Below, in pieces: positions 42,373 to 52,719 of a DNA stretch of 64,000 bases. The notes beneath the pieces are model-generated. The model searched no databases and was not told the DNA's origin. It saw only the letters and a list, made by a program, of their open reading frames with translations. The stretch spans positions 806,001 through 870,000 of the forward strand of contig JAUFOR010000003.1 of the NCBI GenBank assembly GCA_040285745.1, given 5' to 3'. Each line of letters opens with the position of its first letter. Positions within the stretch are counted from its first letter, which is position 1. The stretch comes from Barthelona sp. PCE. Its lineage: Eukaryota. Position numbers and translations under genes: made by a program.

Positions 42373-43221
42373 ATGAATCGTGTATACATTCTTCCTGACG
42401 AAATCACAGCCCAGGGAAATGTCTTTAAAGTATATGAGTTTTGGAACTCAGCTGATTCAAGCCAAAAAGCATTTTACACAGTGAATATGGGCGATAAACT
42501 GTCATTGTATATAATATACCGTGCTGATAAGAACAGAAAAACATCATGGTTCACCCGCCATTCTGTCATTGCTAATGGATCGCTTCATTCACTTTTAAAA
42601 ATGGATCCATTCTTCCTGTTTCTTGATTTCTTCGATCCTAAAGAAGAAACTACATCATTTCAGAATGTTCTTGATGTTTTCCATAACCGTATCGCATCCA
42701 ACAAGTTTTTCTCCGAGTTATCTCCCCTATTACCCACGTTCCTACAGAGACCCGTGCTGGAACGGTATTTCCAGATATCAAGCGGTGCGTTTGATGACTC
42801 AGAAGACGAAGACGATCTTCTTATTCGTGTTGATGGAAATCGAATTGTTGACCAATTGGTTGTTTATCATAATGCCATCAAGCCACTGCTGAAGAGCAAG
42901 CTGCAAGTGAACGATGATGCCTATGTAAGTTATGAAACAAGTTTATTCTTAGAGATATTTGTTCCTCAGAAATGGGTAACCGCTGTCAATCAACGACTTG
43001 GAATCGTGAAACAGAAGGAAAAGAAGCCAGCTTTTAGCCGTGTTGAGGATGAAATGAAACGTAGAAAACAAAAAAAAGTACAGAAACATTCATCCCACGG
43101 AAAAAACACAAAGCCTAAACCTAGATCCAAATCTCGAAAACCAGTAGCCTTACCACCGGGTCAGAAAACCCTATTCAGCTTCATGGGGAAGAAAAAAAGA
43201 AAGCGCAAAGCTAAATCTTAA
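42373..43221 (+). CDS. RNASEH2B: Ribonuclease H2 subunit B
   Basis: SWF...VIANGSL...MDPFFLFL; C-terminal PIP-like GQKTLFSF. Confidence 0.78.
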   Translation: MNRVYILPDEITAQGNVFKVYEFWNSADSSQKAFYTVNMGDKLSLYIIYRADKNRKTSWFTRHSVIANGSLHSLLKMDPFFLFLDFFDPKEETTSFQNVLDVFHNRIASNKFFSELSPLLPTFLQRPVLERYFQISSGAFDDSEDEDDLLIRVDGNRIVDQLVVYHNAIKPLLKSKLQVNDDAYVSYETSLFLEIFVPQKWVTAVNQRLGIVKQKEKKPAFSRVEDEMKRRKQKKVQKHSSHGKNTKPKPRSKSRKPVALPPGQKTLFSFMGKKKRKRKAKS

Positions 43222-45266
43222 ATGTGTGCTACTGCTGATTTATCAACTTCATTTATCATAACGCTAACGTCTTCCCTGAATGTGTGGTTCCCAGGTACTG
43301 TCACGAGCTCAACTCTTTCTCCATATGGTTTGAGAGAATCATGGTAAAGTTCAACATCTGCACACGGTACGACAGTATCATCTGTACCATGAATGAGTAC
43401 AACACTGCGATTTGGGTTCAAATCCATCGCCTTGACAGTAAGGTCTGTGTAGCATGTCTCACGATATTCATTGTATGACTCTCCAGTAACTATCATACCC
43501 CTAAAAGTTTTTCGTGGTTGCCAGAAAAACTGACCACCTGTCGCAATGATATCCAACTGCTCGTCGTTGAAGCGCTTCGTGTTGTCACGCTTCATGTGAC
43601 ATCGGGCGGAAACGCTAATCAAATGCGTTGGGCCAGGCTCGATAGAGGCAACACGCCATAATAAATTACCACCCTTTGAGTGTCCAAAGAGAACAGTGAC
43701 TGAAAAGCCGTTTGCCTCCAGGAAGCGCATGGCCTCGCGTGTCACCGTAATGTCTAACGGAGCAGCACCATAAACCTCTTCACCGGAGGAGCGACCGCAA
43801 CCCTGAAGCGAGAAACAAAAGGAGTTGACACTTAAAGTATCACGCAGCTGCGGGTAAAAGCTGGTATCACAGTGTGACAGCGTTCCGTGAAGGCACAACA
43901 TGACGTTGCGAGAAGAGACATCCTTTAAGGTGAGTACACCGTGAGAGAATACGTCCTTGTTGCCAAAAAACACATACTGCTGACCCTCTACCCTACGCAG
44001 TTTCTTTGTGAAGCTACGTGGGTATAGGAGAACGTTCTTGGCCGACAATGAATACATCCAGTCCACAAGACTTTTGTTGACCTTTTCTCGAATGTGAGCT
44101 ACCCACTCTTCAGGTGTTCCGTTTCTGATGAACTCGAGGGCCCCCTCGTAGCCATAGATCAAGTCGATGGCCTCGTGCTCAAAATCGTACTCATAACCTA
44201 AGCTGATTGGACGCGTTGTGACGCCTCGATCTAAAAGAAGCCTGATGACACATAGAGACAGTGCCCAGAAAGGAACCTTACGCAACATATCATCTAGGTT
44301 AAAGCCTGGGAGGTCGTGCCTAAAGCCAATGAAGCATCCGTGACATATCTCACCCTGACCTTTGTTGAAAGTGGGACGGAACGCATAAGGGCGGACCGAC
44401 ATGTACTTGTTAAGATCCACGTCACACATGCGACCGAACAAGTCAACGAGCTCATCGCAGAACGCACCGTCCGCAGCAACTTCTGGTGAGCCAAAAATAC
44501 AGAACGGCTTGGTTGTTCCACGGCCTTCACTCGCTCCTAACCCCTCGATAGGAAGTGTTATGGGGTATGCGAGGAGTGTATCGTAGTCGGGGAGGTTCGG
44601 TGATGGTAAAGCAAAGCTTGGCGGTTTAGGATTGGTTGCTGTTAGAAAGCTAAATCGAATAACCTCAATATTCACAAAATTAGTCTTCTCTCTGTACAAC
44701 AGTGCAACCTCGGCCATGGTGAGCCCGTGGCGGTACGGGAGCCCTTCCAAGCCAACAAATGATGTGAGTTCGCAGAGATCACCTTCGCAACATACGGGTT
44801 CTCCACCCTCGATGTCACAAAGACCGAGGACGTTGGGTCTATCTAGAACAACAATGGTGTGTCTCTCGTCGTCACAAACAGTCATAAGGTTGACAAGGGT
44901 ATGAATGTATGTGTACGTTCGTACACCAACATCATACAGATCAACAATAACAACGTCAATATCCTCCAGATCTTTGGGGTCTGGAATGCGGGTACTGGAG
45001 TAGAGGGACACCGTCTTGACACCAAATAATGAAGAATCCTCAGTTTCTATCATATTATCCTGTTCACAAATGTAAAATCCATGTTGAGGTGTGAAAAGCA
45101 GCTTTATGCGGTCACCGAGGATCCCCTGTAAAATTTGAAAGGTGCCATGCCCCTCGTTGTCAACACAGCCACAGTTGGTCAGAACAGCACACCGTTTCTC
45201 GTGAAACAAGTGCATAAACTTCTGAGGGTCGGCCTTTAACGTCTGGATGCCACTATAACTTAACAT
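43218..45266 (-). CDS. NamZ/DUF1343 exo-beta-N-acetylmuramidase-like domain fused to alpha/beta hydrolase
   Basis: LFTPQHG, DVGVRTYTY, LDRPN, RHGLT, PSPNLP, SEGRGTTKPF; then LHG, GHSKGG, HGTDDTVVP, GNHTF. Confidence 0.88.
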   Translation of the reverse strand: MLSYSGIQTLKADPQKFMHLFHEKRCAVLTNCGCVDNEGHGTFQILQGILGDRIKLLFTPQHGFYICEQDNMIETEDSSLFGVKTVSLYSSTRIPDPKDLEDIDVVIVDLYDVGVRTYTYIHTLVNLMTVCDDERHTIVVLDRPNVLGLCDIEGGEPVCCEGDLCELTSFVGLEGLPYRHGLTMAEVALLYREKTNFVNIEVIRFSFLTATNPKPPSFALPSPNLPDYDTLLAYPITLPIEGLGASEGRGTTKPFCIFGSPEVAADGAFCDELVDLFGRMCDVDLNKYMSVRPYAFRPTFNKGQGEICHGCFIGFRHDLPGFNLDDMLRKVPFWALSLCVIRLLLDRGVTTRPISLGYEYDFEHEAIDLIYGYEGALEFIRNGTPEEWVAHIREKVNKSLVDWMYSLSAKNVLLYPRSFTKKLRRVEGQQYVFFGNKDVFSHGVLTLKDVSSRNVMLCLHGTLSHCDTSFYPQLRDTLSVNSFCFSLQGCGRSSGEEVYGAAPLDITVTREAMRFLEANGFSVTVLFGHSKGGNLLWRVASIEPGPTHLISVSARCHMKRDNTKRFNDEQLDIIATGGQFFWQPRKTFRGMIVTGESYNEYRETCYTDLTVKAMDLNPNRSVVLIHGTDDTVVPCADVELYHDSLKPYGERVELVTVPGNHTFREDVSVMINEVDKSAVAHI

Positions 45267-45339
45267 TTTGATGGAAGAGAAAGGTGATTTCTTAATTACA
45301 CCTCCTTTTCAAATACATTACACATAGAGGTATTGTATC

Positions 45340-48303
45340 ATGAGCACAACTCTCAGAGCGTCCAAGCTTTTTTCCCAGACCAGAGTCAGCAACGATATTC
45401 TTAATGAGCGAACTTTCATTGATATCCTTCAGGCACTACAGATTGAGGAGCAGCTTCAGAACCTCAAATGTGTTCGTGCCAAGTCGGGTGGCTGCCTGGC
45501 AATGGCCTCACAAAGGGGTAATCGCATTGGTAATACCATTATCTGCACAAACAACCTTTTTAAGAACTATTCTACCATTGATCCCAATGATCTTGAGCCG
45601 AGCATCATAAACATGGGTTTTTTGGATGACAACACCCTTGTCATCGTGTTTGAAGATATGAAGGTGGGATGCTACAACGTACAGGGTAATCTCATACGCT
45701 TGCAGGATGTCTCTGTGCAGAGGGGCGAGTTTTTCAACGACAAGATCGTCAAAGTACACTTTAACCGACAAGGAATCTTCTTCGCCACAGCAGATAACAG
45801 ATATTTCACTGCATGTAACCTCACAAAAGGTAGGCCACAGATCGAGGAGCTGTCCCGCCCCGATATGCTTGACGTAAGGACCCTAGAAGGCATTGAATCT
45901 GTCGTCCTTGACGATGAGAAAGGATACGCACCAACCATGTGTTTCGTTTGGGATACGTCGAAGTTATATCAATTGACGCCCAATGAGGCGCGTGTAGTTG
46001 ATATAAACATGGGTCCTGACGAATTCATATACAAGGTCACAGCAGAAACTTTATCACAAAACACAGTTACCATTGCGGTCCTGACAAGGAAAGAGGAGCT
46101 AGTCGAAGGCGGCCGTGGTGGCTATGCTTTTGCTAACTTCTACTTTGTTACCTTTGGAGACTCTTTACACAGACACGATTCATTTAAAAAATCAATTTTT
46201 GATGTTCTCGATGCTACTTTTGAAGTCACAGAGGAAGATATCATGACGGTAAAGCAAATTGCATTCCTCAAACCACACTTCTTCAGTGCAAAACGTGTGC
46301 GTTCTATTCCCCGTTTTGCATTTTTGCTGGTAGTAACTGAAGTTGGCCCCATCGTTTGCATCCCCTGTCGTCTCAACCAGCACACCGCCGGCCTTCCCCG
46401 TGATCTGTTTGTTGTTGATATGATGACAAACCCAATTGTACACGTTGAAGAAGACGGGTTCTGGGCATTTTCATCTCAAATAACCCAAACTGGGCGAAAC
46501 GTGGACGTTAACTTTGTCCAGTACCTCGACCCGATCATCCAAGAGATCAAAAGCTTCATCACCGATGTCACCGAGTACCACCTTGAGCTAAGCAACTTCG
46601 ACAGATATCAGGAACCCACAAAGCTCTTCATATCTTACTACGACAGCTGTGTCAACGATAAAGATGGATCCACTGGCCTTCCTTTACTGTACTCAATCGC
46701 AATCGGAAACCGGAAGCATCACAACCCTCAATCAGTTCTGGTGCAGAAAGCAGCTGAATATATCCCTGTTTTTATCGACCTCGCCAGCAAGACCGTGGAC
46801 CTCACGCTTGCCGCGCACCTGCTGGGGACAGCCCAGTTCCTGACGGACCTAATAGCGAATCACCCAGTTGATGAACTGTGTGTAGGACTACGTACACTCC
46901 GAATGTGTCAGTTCTTGCAAGAGAAGGGCGTACACACTACGTCTTTCCAGCTCAAGAACACCAACCCGGCGTTCTACGTTGCCATTTTGGTTGGAATGGG
47001 GGCGTTTGGACAAGCGCTGCAATTCCTCGATTTATACAAATTATTCGCCCCTCCAAACTGCCCGTTACCGACTGAGCACGTTAACTTGCTCAAAACTGTG
47101 TACTTTGAGTGGGGGAGGAACATCGTCGTCAATGAAACTGATTCTGAAGAGACTGCGGTCAAGATTTTCTCCTTCTCTGACTCTGTCCAGGACCCTTCGC
47201 TTTTCAACTTCCCGCAGCTCGCCCGCGTCGCCCGAGACAACAACAAGCTGCAGCTGGCAAAGGCGCTGCTGTCAAAGAGTGACGACATCAGTCAGACAAT
47301 ACCGTTGCTCAAAGAAATCCTACAGGCAGCAAAGGTCAGTTTCACAAGCAACAACAACGACATCCTCGCGCTGGGCGTGGAGCTGTTGTCAAGGGCGTTT
47401 GGCCACCGCTGTGTTGACCAGATCTATGAGGTTCTTACGGACATTGACGCTGAAATTGTCATCCACTACTTCTGCTCACCATACACATACAACCCACGCC
47501 ATTTCATGACTTTCCAATGTGTGGTGAGGCGCATGATATCCATGTGGGATGACGGATATAGATTTGAGGATATGTTCAGAGACGTGACGGCGAACCTAAT
47601 TGATCACGTCGATCATGTATTTTATTGTCTGTTCATGTACATGCACGTCCGCAAGCGCCTTGAGGTCGACCAGTGCATGCCGGTTGCAAACAGCGAGATC
47701 CGTAATGAACACGGTACCGTTGGCCGTTACATTGCAAACATGAGGGCATTTGTGGAGAACGGAGACATTGATAACCTCAACGCTGCGTACCTCAAGGACG
47801 TTGCGCAGGAGTTCCGCAAGTTTGAGGAAGCTACTGTATCTGATAAGGATGCTCACTTTACGTCATTAACGGACTACGTAGCCCATGTTATGAAGTATGA
47901 TGGCGTGGACAAGGCACACCGCGTCGCAAAGACACACAAGATGCGGGACGGTGCATTCGAGTGGATTTCGTTTGAACACTTTTTGGAGACAAGCAATTTC
48001 TCAGATATCAAAAAGTTATTAATGCAGCGTAAGCTTCATTTCCCATTATACCGCGCTCTGGATGTTCTTCTTGATCAGGGATACCTGTCTCATGTGCGCG
48101 AAATTGCAGAATCAATCAATGACGGCTTCAGACGTGGAGAGTATTTGGCTAAGGCCAATGATATTACCAATGCAAAAGAAATATGGCTAAATATGCGTAG
48201 CTTCGACATCAATCGAGTCATCGCGCTGCTCCCACGTGTTAAAAATGAGGATGCAAGCCGTAGATTGCGTGAGTTCATTAACAGTGAACGGGATAATGTG
48301 TGA
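45340..48303 (+). CDS. VPS16: Vacuolar protein sorting Vps16-like
   Basis: GGCLAM N-terminus, EEDG, LCVGLRTL, GVHTTSFQL, FPQLARVA..LQLAKALL. Confidence 0.7.
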   Translation: MSTTLRASKLFSQTRVSNDILNERTFIDILQALQIEEQLQNLKCVRAKSGGCLAMASQRGNRIGNTIICTNNLFKNYSTIDPNDLEPSIINMGFLDDNTLVIVFEDMKVGCYNVQGNLIRLQDVSVQRGEFFNDKIVKVHFNRQGIFFATADNRYFTACNLTKGRPQIEELSRPDMLDVRTLEGIESVVLDDEKGYAPTMCFVWDTSKLYQLTPNEARVVDINMGPDEFIYKVTAETLSQNTVTIAVLTRKEELVEGGRGGYAFANFYFVTFGDSLHRHDSFKKSIFDVLDATFEVTEEDIMTVKQIAFLKPHFFSAKRVRSIPRFAFLLVVTEVGPIVCIPCRLNQHTAGLPRDLFVVDMMTNPIVHVEEDGFWAFSSQITQTGRNVDVNFVQYLDPIIQEIKSFITDVTEYHLELSNFDRYQEPTKLFISYYDSCVNDKDGSTGLPLLYSIAIGNRKHHNPQSVLVQKAAEYIPVFIDLASKTVDLTLAAHLLGTAQFLTDLIANHPVDELCVGLRTLRMCQFLQEKGVHTTSFQLKNTNPAFYVAILVGMGAFGQALQFLDLYKLFAPPNCPLPTEHVNLLKTVYFEWGRNIVVNETDSEETAVKIFSFSDSVQDPSLFNFPQLARVARDNNKLQLAKALLSKSDDISQTIPLLKEILQAAKVSFTSNNNDILALGVELLSRAFGHRCVDQIYEVLTDIDAEIVIHYFCSPYTYNPRHFMTFQCVVRRMISMWDDGYRFEDMFRDVTANLIDHVDHVFYCLFMYMHVRKRLEVDQCMPVANSEIRNEHGTVGRYIANMRAFVENGDIDNLNAAYLKDVAQEFRKFEEATVSDKDAHFTSLTDYVAHVMKYDGVDKAHRVAKTHKMRDGAFEWISFEHFLETSNFSDIKKLLMQRKLHFPLYRALDVLLDQGYLSHVREIAESINDGFRRGEYLAKANDITNAKEIWLNMRSFDINRVIALLPRVKNEDASRRLREFINSERDNV

Positions 48304-48399
48304 ATTTAGTAAACGTTGAACTTCTGTATTGTGAACGTCAACAACGCTCATATATTATAAAATGCTCAAAAGTGGGATTGTAATAATCACAAGATTTAA

Positions 48400-50298
48400 T
48401 TACAAAAATACTTTTTCCCACCCTTTTCAACATTTTGTCCTTCAGGACTTCAGGAAATAACCAACAGCAGTGTAACAACAGATAGGATAAAGCCTAAAAA
48501 GCGCGCAAGAAGAGTTCAGCGCAGTTACATCACTAAAACTCAATACAGAAGCTTCCAGGGTTCAAACGAAAATATAAGCGCCGAAGATTTCAACAAAATC
48601 AAGTTACTAGGAGCTGGAGCAACCGGCAGAGTCTGGTTGTGTGAATTTAACAAACTACCTGAAAAACCTTTTGCTCTCAAGGTTATGGACCGTCAAGCAG
48701 TTCATCTTAGACGTAAATACGAGAATCTGATGAACGAACGGAAGATTCTCTCAACAGCAAAGCACCCAAACATTTCCACGCTTTACTTTGCTTTTCATGA
48801 TGATTTATATTACTACCTGGCTATGGATTTTCACGCAGGTGGGTCACTATACACATTTTTGCAGAACCGTCCGAACAAGCGAGTACAGCTTGAAGTAGCA
48901 CGCTATTATGCTATAGAAGTTTTAAGCGCTCTTGAGTATCTGCACGTGAACCTCAATGTCGTTTACCGTGATTTAAAACCTGAGAACATACTCATTGATA
49001 TGAACGGCCACCTTGTTTTGACAGATTTTGACCTATCGATGCAGATTCCTGAGAATTACACGGCCCCTGACGATAGGGGCTTCTTTTCAAAGCTCTTTCG
49101 TAAGAAACGCGTGTTCACAGATGTTTATCAACATATTCTTGAGAAAACAATGACGTACGAAATGCACAAGGTACTAGGTACATACGAGTATCTTGCCCCT
49201 GAAGTGATAGACAAGACAAAAGGATACAATGTAATGGTTGACTTTTGGGGATTGGGAATACTACTTTATGAAATGGTTTTCGGTTTTACACCTTTCGTAG
49301 GTCACAATTCACAAAAAACCATGCATAATATCATGAACCGTGAACTCTATTTCCCCAAACTTCGCAACGTGCACATCAGTAATAACTTTGTTGAACTGAT
49401 ATCCGGGCTCTTGTGCAAAGATCCAATGGCCAGACTGGGCTCTAATGAAGGGGTACGTGAGATCCTCGCCCACCCTTTCTTCAAGCAGTTTACAGTTGCT
49501 GACGTCATGGCGCGCCAACCGTACCATGTTCCTAAGCTCGATTCCGAGTGGGATACCTCCAACTTCCCAGAGCTTCCAATCAGGAATTCGCAAGATAAGA
49601 TCGATGTTCCTTTCCCTCGAGCAACATTCACAGATGATGAGCCGGATGAAGAGGATGAGATCTGTGAGTTGAGCGTTGCTGACAGTACGCGTGAATCCTT
49701 TACGTACTCGATTCCCGAGTCTCTGCTCCCATCACATAACTTCAGACCGGCTCGAAAGTCGTTCACAGAGGAACAGCTGGCGAAATTCAGGGAACAGCCA
49801 AAGGTGGCAAAGATCCATCACCCAGCACCAGCAACGATGCGTAAACAGATGACCCCGGGTCCGCTGAAGACGCAGTTCAAGGAGAGCATTGAAAATGGTC
49901 GATCAAAGACGACAGGTATGATCCCTGACTTCTTGAGCATGGCCCCAAGTGAGTATGACTTCAGTAGTTTGAATATGAAGTTCCCCAGATCTTCCCCCGA
50001 TCAGAAAACAGGTATAGGGATGTTGATACAGGCTGCAGAGCAAAATGAGTTTCAAATTATCGTTGAGAACGATGGAGAGGATGAAGATGAAGATGACTTG
50101 AATCCCAGTGAGGTGGAGGACGAGGTCGGTGAGACTGGTATTTTCCATCTGGACACTGTGGATTCTTCGTTTTTGAAGAGTTCCAGATTCTTGGTCTCGC
50201 CTGCTCCACCATTGGGACAGGCGTTCATGTCAAGCACAAGTCCTTCACCCTCGCCCCCCGGAACACCAATGGTGACAGATAGTAATAAAATGGAGTAA
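48400..50298 (+). CDS. AGC family Ser/Thr kinase, 5' end unresolved
   Basis: DFNKIKLLGAGATGRV, FALK, YRDLKPEN, LTDFDLS, GTYEYLAPE, WDTSNF; frame open from 48400 with no ATG until 48685. Confidence 0.88.
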   Translation, partial: LQKYFFPPFSTFCPSGLQEITNSSVTTDRIKPKKRARRVQRSYITKTQYRSFQGSNENISAEDFNKIKLLGAGATGRVWLCEFNKLPEKPFALKVMDRQAVHLRRKYENLMNERKILSTAKHPNISTLYFAFHDDLYYYLAMDFHAGGSLYTFLQNRPNKRVQLEVARYYAIEVLSALEYLHVNLNVVYRDLKPENILIDMNGHLVLTDFDLSMQIPENYTAPDDRGFFSKLFRKKRVFTDVYQHILEKTMTYEMHKVLGTYEYLAPEVIDKTKGYNVMVDFWGLGILLYEMVFGFTPFVGHNSQKTMHNIMNRELYFPKLRNVHISNNFVELISGLLCKDPMARLGSNEGVREILAHPFFKQFTVADVMARQPYHVPKLDSEWDTSNFPELPIRNSQDKIDVPFPRATFTDDEPDEEDEICELSVADSTRESFTYSIPESLLPSHNFRPARKSFTEEQLAKFREQPKVAKIHHPAPATMRKQMTPGPLKTQFKESIENGRSKTTGMIPDFLSMAPSEYDFSSLNMKFPRSSPDQKTGIGMLIQAAEQNEFQIIVENDGEDEDEDDLNPSEVEDEVGETGIFHLDTVDSSFLKSSRFLVSPAPPLGQAFMSSTSPSPSPPGTPMVTDSNKME

Positions 50299-50332
50299 GC
50301 TATTGCATGTAATCTGGTAATTATCCCTTTCA

Positions 50333-51463
50333 ATGCATATACTTCAAGAGACAGCCAATTGCGTCAAGGACAGTCTGCAAAAAAGCACAACCGTGTGCGA
50401 GTACAGTGGACAGCTTTATGATGATAGCATGCAAACACCACAAAGTCTGGAATATAGACCTGATACTTATGCTACACACGAGATCAACTGCAAAGTAACG
50501 TGCATGGACTTCCACCCTCACAAATCACTGCTCATTGCAGGTGGAGACGATGGTTGCGTGTATTTATGCAATTTAGCTTCTGAAATGGATTCTGTCGAAA
50601 TTGAGAAAGGAGAACCGATCACGCACGTTAAGTGGCGCCCGTTCTCACCATTAGAATTTGTAGCTGTGACCAGAAATTATGTTTACCGAGTATTTTTTGC
50701 AAATTCTTCAATGTCACTCCCAACCATAAAACGCGAGTTTATCCCACGCTTATTGCACCGCAAACCAGTGCAGCGAGCCAGCCTGCTTACAACAGACCTC
50801 TTTGGGGATAATATAGCTGTTTACACATCATTCAAGCTCAAGAACATCTCTTGCATTTCTTACTCCTCAAACGGGTCCACGCTGTACATTGGAGTTCCGG
50901 GTGGTCTTTACTCCCTTGATTGTAACACCAACAAGTTGGAGTGGACGACACGCACCTCATTGCGCAAGACTCCCATCGATGCAATTGTGGATACTCCTAT
51001 TGGCGTCATGGTTGCTGTGGGAGACAGTTTCGCGGTGCTACAAAACGGTGGCGTTGATGAATACGACATAGCTCAAGATGTTCAGAAAATCACCGCTGGA
51101 AAGCATTACTCAGTCATAGCGGGCGAGAGAGAGATATCCGTAGCGTCAACTAGAGGCCATTTCTCAGTGTTAGGTGTTCCCATAAACATGGCTATGGTGC
51201 ACAACTACGGCGGCCCACTTGATATCACAGAGAGCGACATGACTGGACAGAGAATCGCAGTCACACATAAGCGCTGCCCAGGCATCACGCTTATGTCCAA
51301 CAATGACAGCGGAACCAACCTTATTGGGATTATCAAGAACGACGAACGCTCAGTAAGACAGATGACGTTCCACAAAGATTGCCAATACGGTGCTTTACTT
51401 GCAGTAGCTTGGGAAAACGGAGCTGACACCCTCCTAACGTTCGTGCCGATGATATTCAAATAA
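50333..51463 (+). CDS. AAAS: WD40 nucleoporin Aladin-like
   Basis: WD40 repeats, KWRPFS, GQRIAV, C-terminal FH...GALLAVAWENG..FVPMIF. Confidence 0.7.
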   Translation: MHILQETANCVKDSLQKSTTVCEYSGQLYDDSMQTPQSLEYRPDTYATHEINCKVTCMDFHPHKSLLIAGGDDGCVYLCNLASEMDSVEIEKGEPITHVKWRPFSPLEFVAVTRNYVYRVFFANSSMSLPTIKREFIPRLLHRKPVQRASLLTTDLFGDNIAVYTSFKLKNISCISYSSNGSTLYIGVPGGLYSLDCNTNKLEWTTRTSLRKTPIDAIVDTPIGVMVAVGDSFAVLQNGGVDEYDIAQDVQKITAGKHYSVIAGEREISVASTRGHFSVLGVPINMAMVHNYGGPLDITESDMTGQRIAVTHKRCPGITLMSNNDSGTNLIGIIKNDERSVRQMTFHKDCQYGALLAVAWENGADTLLTFVPMIFK

Positions 51464-51464
51464 A

Positions 51465-52394
51465 CTAGAACCACTCTGTCCGGAAGAAATCGTGCTCTAA
51501 GACCTCATGTATCGTTGGTCTCTGTTTGGGATCCAGAACAAGAATCGTTGTTATCAGATCTATTGCTATCTCAGGGACGTTCTTCTCACGCAAAAGAACA
51601 GGTAACAACTTGGCATTCTCACGCACACTCATATCGCAATCATCCTTGTTATATTTGTCGAAATCAGGCCAATAGTTCGGTGCTGAGGTCACACTGAATG
51701 GTAATTCAAGAATGGGGGCGCCCAACAGCGTGAATATGTCGCTCAGGAGCCCTGTTGCGTTATCTCCGCTGAACAGAGATTTTCCAATGAAACACTCAGC
51801 AATAACGCAGCCTAACGACCAAATATCAATGTCATACTCGTAGTGCTTCCAACCAAGGAGCACATCTGGGGGGCGGTACCATAGTGTCACGACTGCTGCT
51901 GCGAAATGGTGGTGTGGGATTCCGATTGATCGAGCCAATCCAAAATCTGCGAGCTTGAGCACCATATTGTCATCAATCAATAAATTTTGTGGTTTGATGT
52001 CACGGTGGAGCACGGATTCGTCGTGGCAATATGCCACAGCTTCACATAAATGTCTCATCCAGGTTTGTATCTGTGGATATGGAATGCTACCATGCTTCTT
52101 AATGTATTTCTTTAAATCTGTCTCACAGAACTCGAACACTAGCGTCAAGTTGTCATTGTCGTGTATCACATGATGAAGATTGACAATATTATCATGGTTC
52201 AGTACTTTCAATAAAGAGATTTCTCTTATTGCTGTGGATGGTATTCCCTCCCCCGAAACGCCTAGTTTCATCGATTTGAGTGCCACAATATCATCATTTC
52301 GTTTATCAAGTGCTTTTACGACAACTCCATATGTTCCTGAACCTACATTTTCGATTTCTTCGTAATCTTGCAAGCTCCTAGCTTCTGTCCCCAT
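51465..52394 (-). CDS. PSTAIRE cyclin-dependent kinase (CDK5/Pho85-like)
   Basis: GSGTYG, GIPSTAIREISLLK, HRDIKPQN, DFGLAR, VVTLWYRPPDVLLG. Confidence 0.92.
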   Translation of the reverse strand: MGTEARSLQDYEEIENVGSGTYGVVVKALDKRNDDIVALKSMKLGVSGEGIPSTAIREISLLKVLNHDNIVNLHHVIHDNDNLTLVFEFCETDLKKYIKKHGSIPYPQIQTWMRHLCEAVAYCHDESVLHRDIKPQNLLIDDNMVLKLADFGLARSIGIPHHHFAAAVVTLWYRPPDVLLGWKHYEYDIDIWSLGCVIAECFIGKSLFSGDNATGLLSDIFTLLGAPILELPFSVTSAPNYWPDFDKYNKDDCDMSVRENAKLLPVLLREKNVPEIAIDLITTILVLDPKQRPTIHEVLEHDFFRTEWF

Positions 52395-52719
52395 TACTTT
52401 GCGAATATTAAGAGCGAAACGCAAAAGAATACAAAATGGTTTAACAGATTTGAATATTTGAGACAGTTAAAATAATGCCTTGAATTCGGAGTTTAGTTAT
52501 ATTATGAGGGTGACCCACGTCATAATTCCCGCTATACGACAAAATCATTCTTCAACATTATCAGGGTACTACCATACATTCATGATCGCTCTATATATCT
52601 ACAATAACCTTTTGCAAAAGCATTTACACCTGATGATATAAATAAAATCGTGATTAATGAGAGAAGAACTGGTATTTACCAAACTAACCCTTTCCAGTTT
52701 CATCGCACATTTAAACCCA

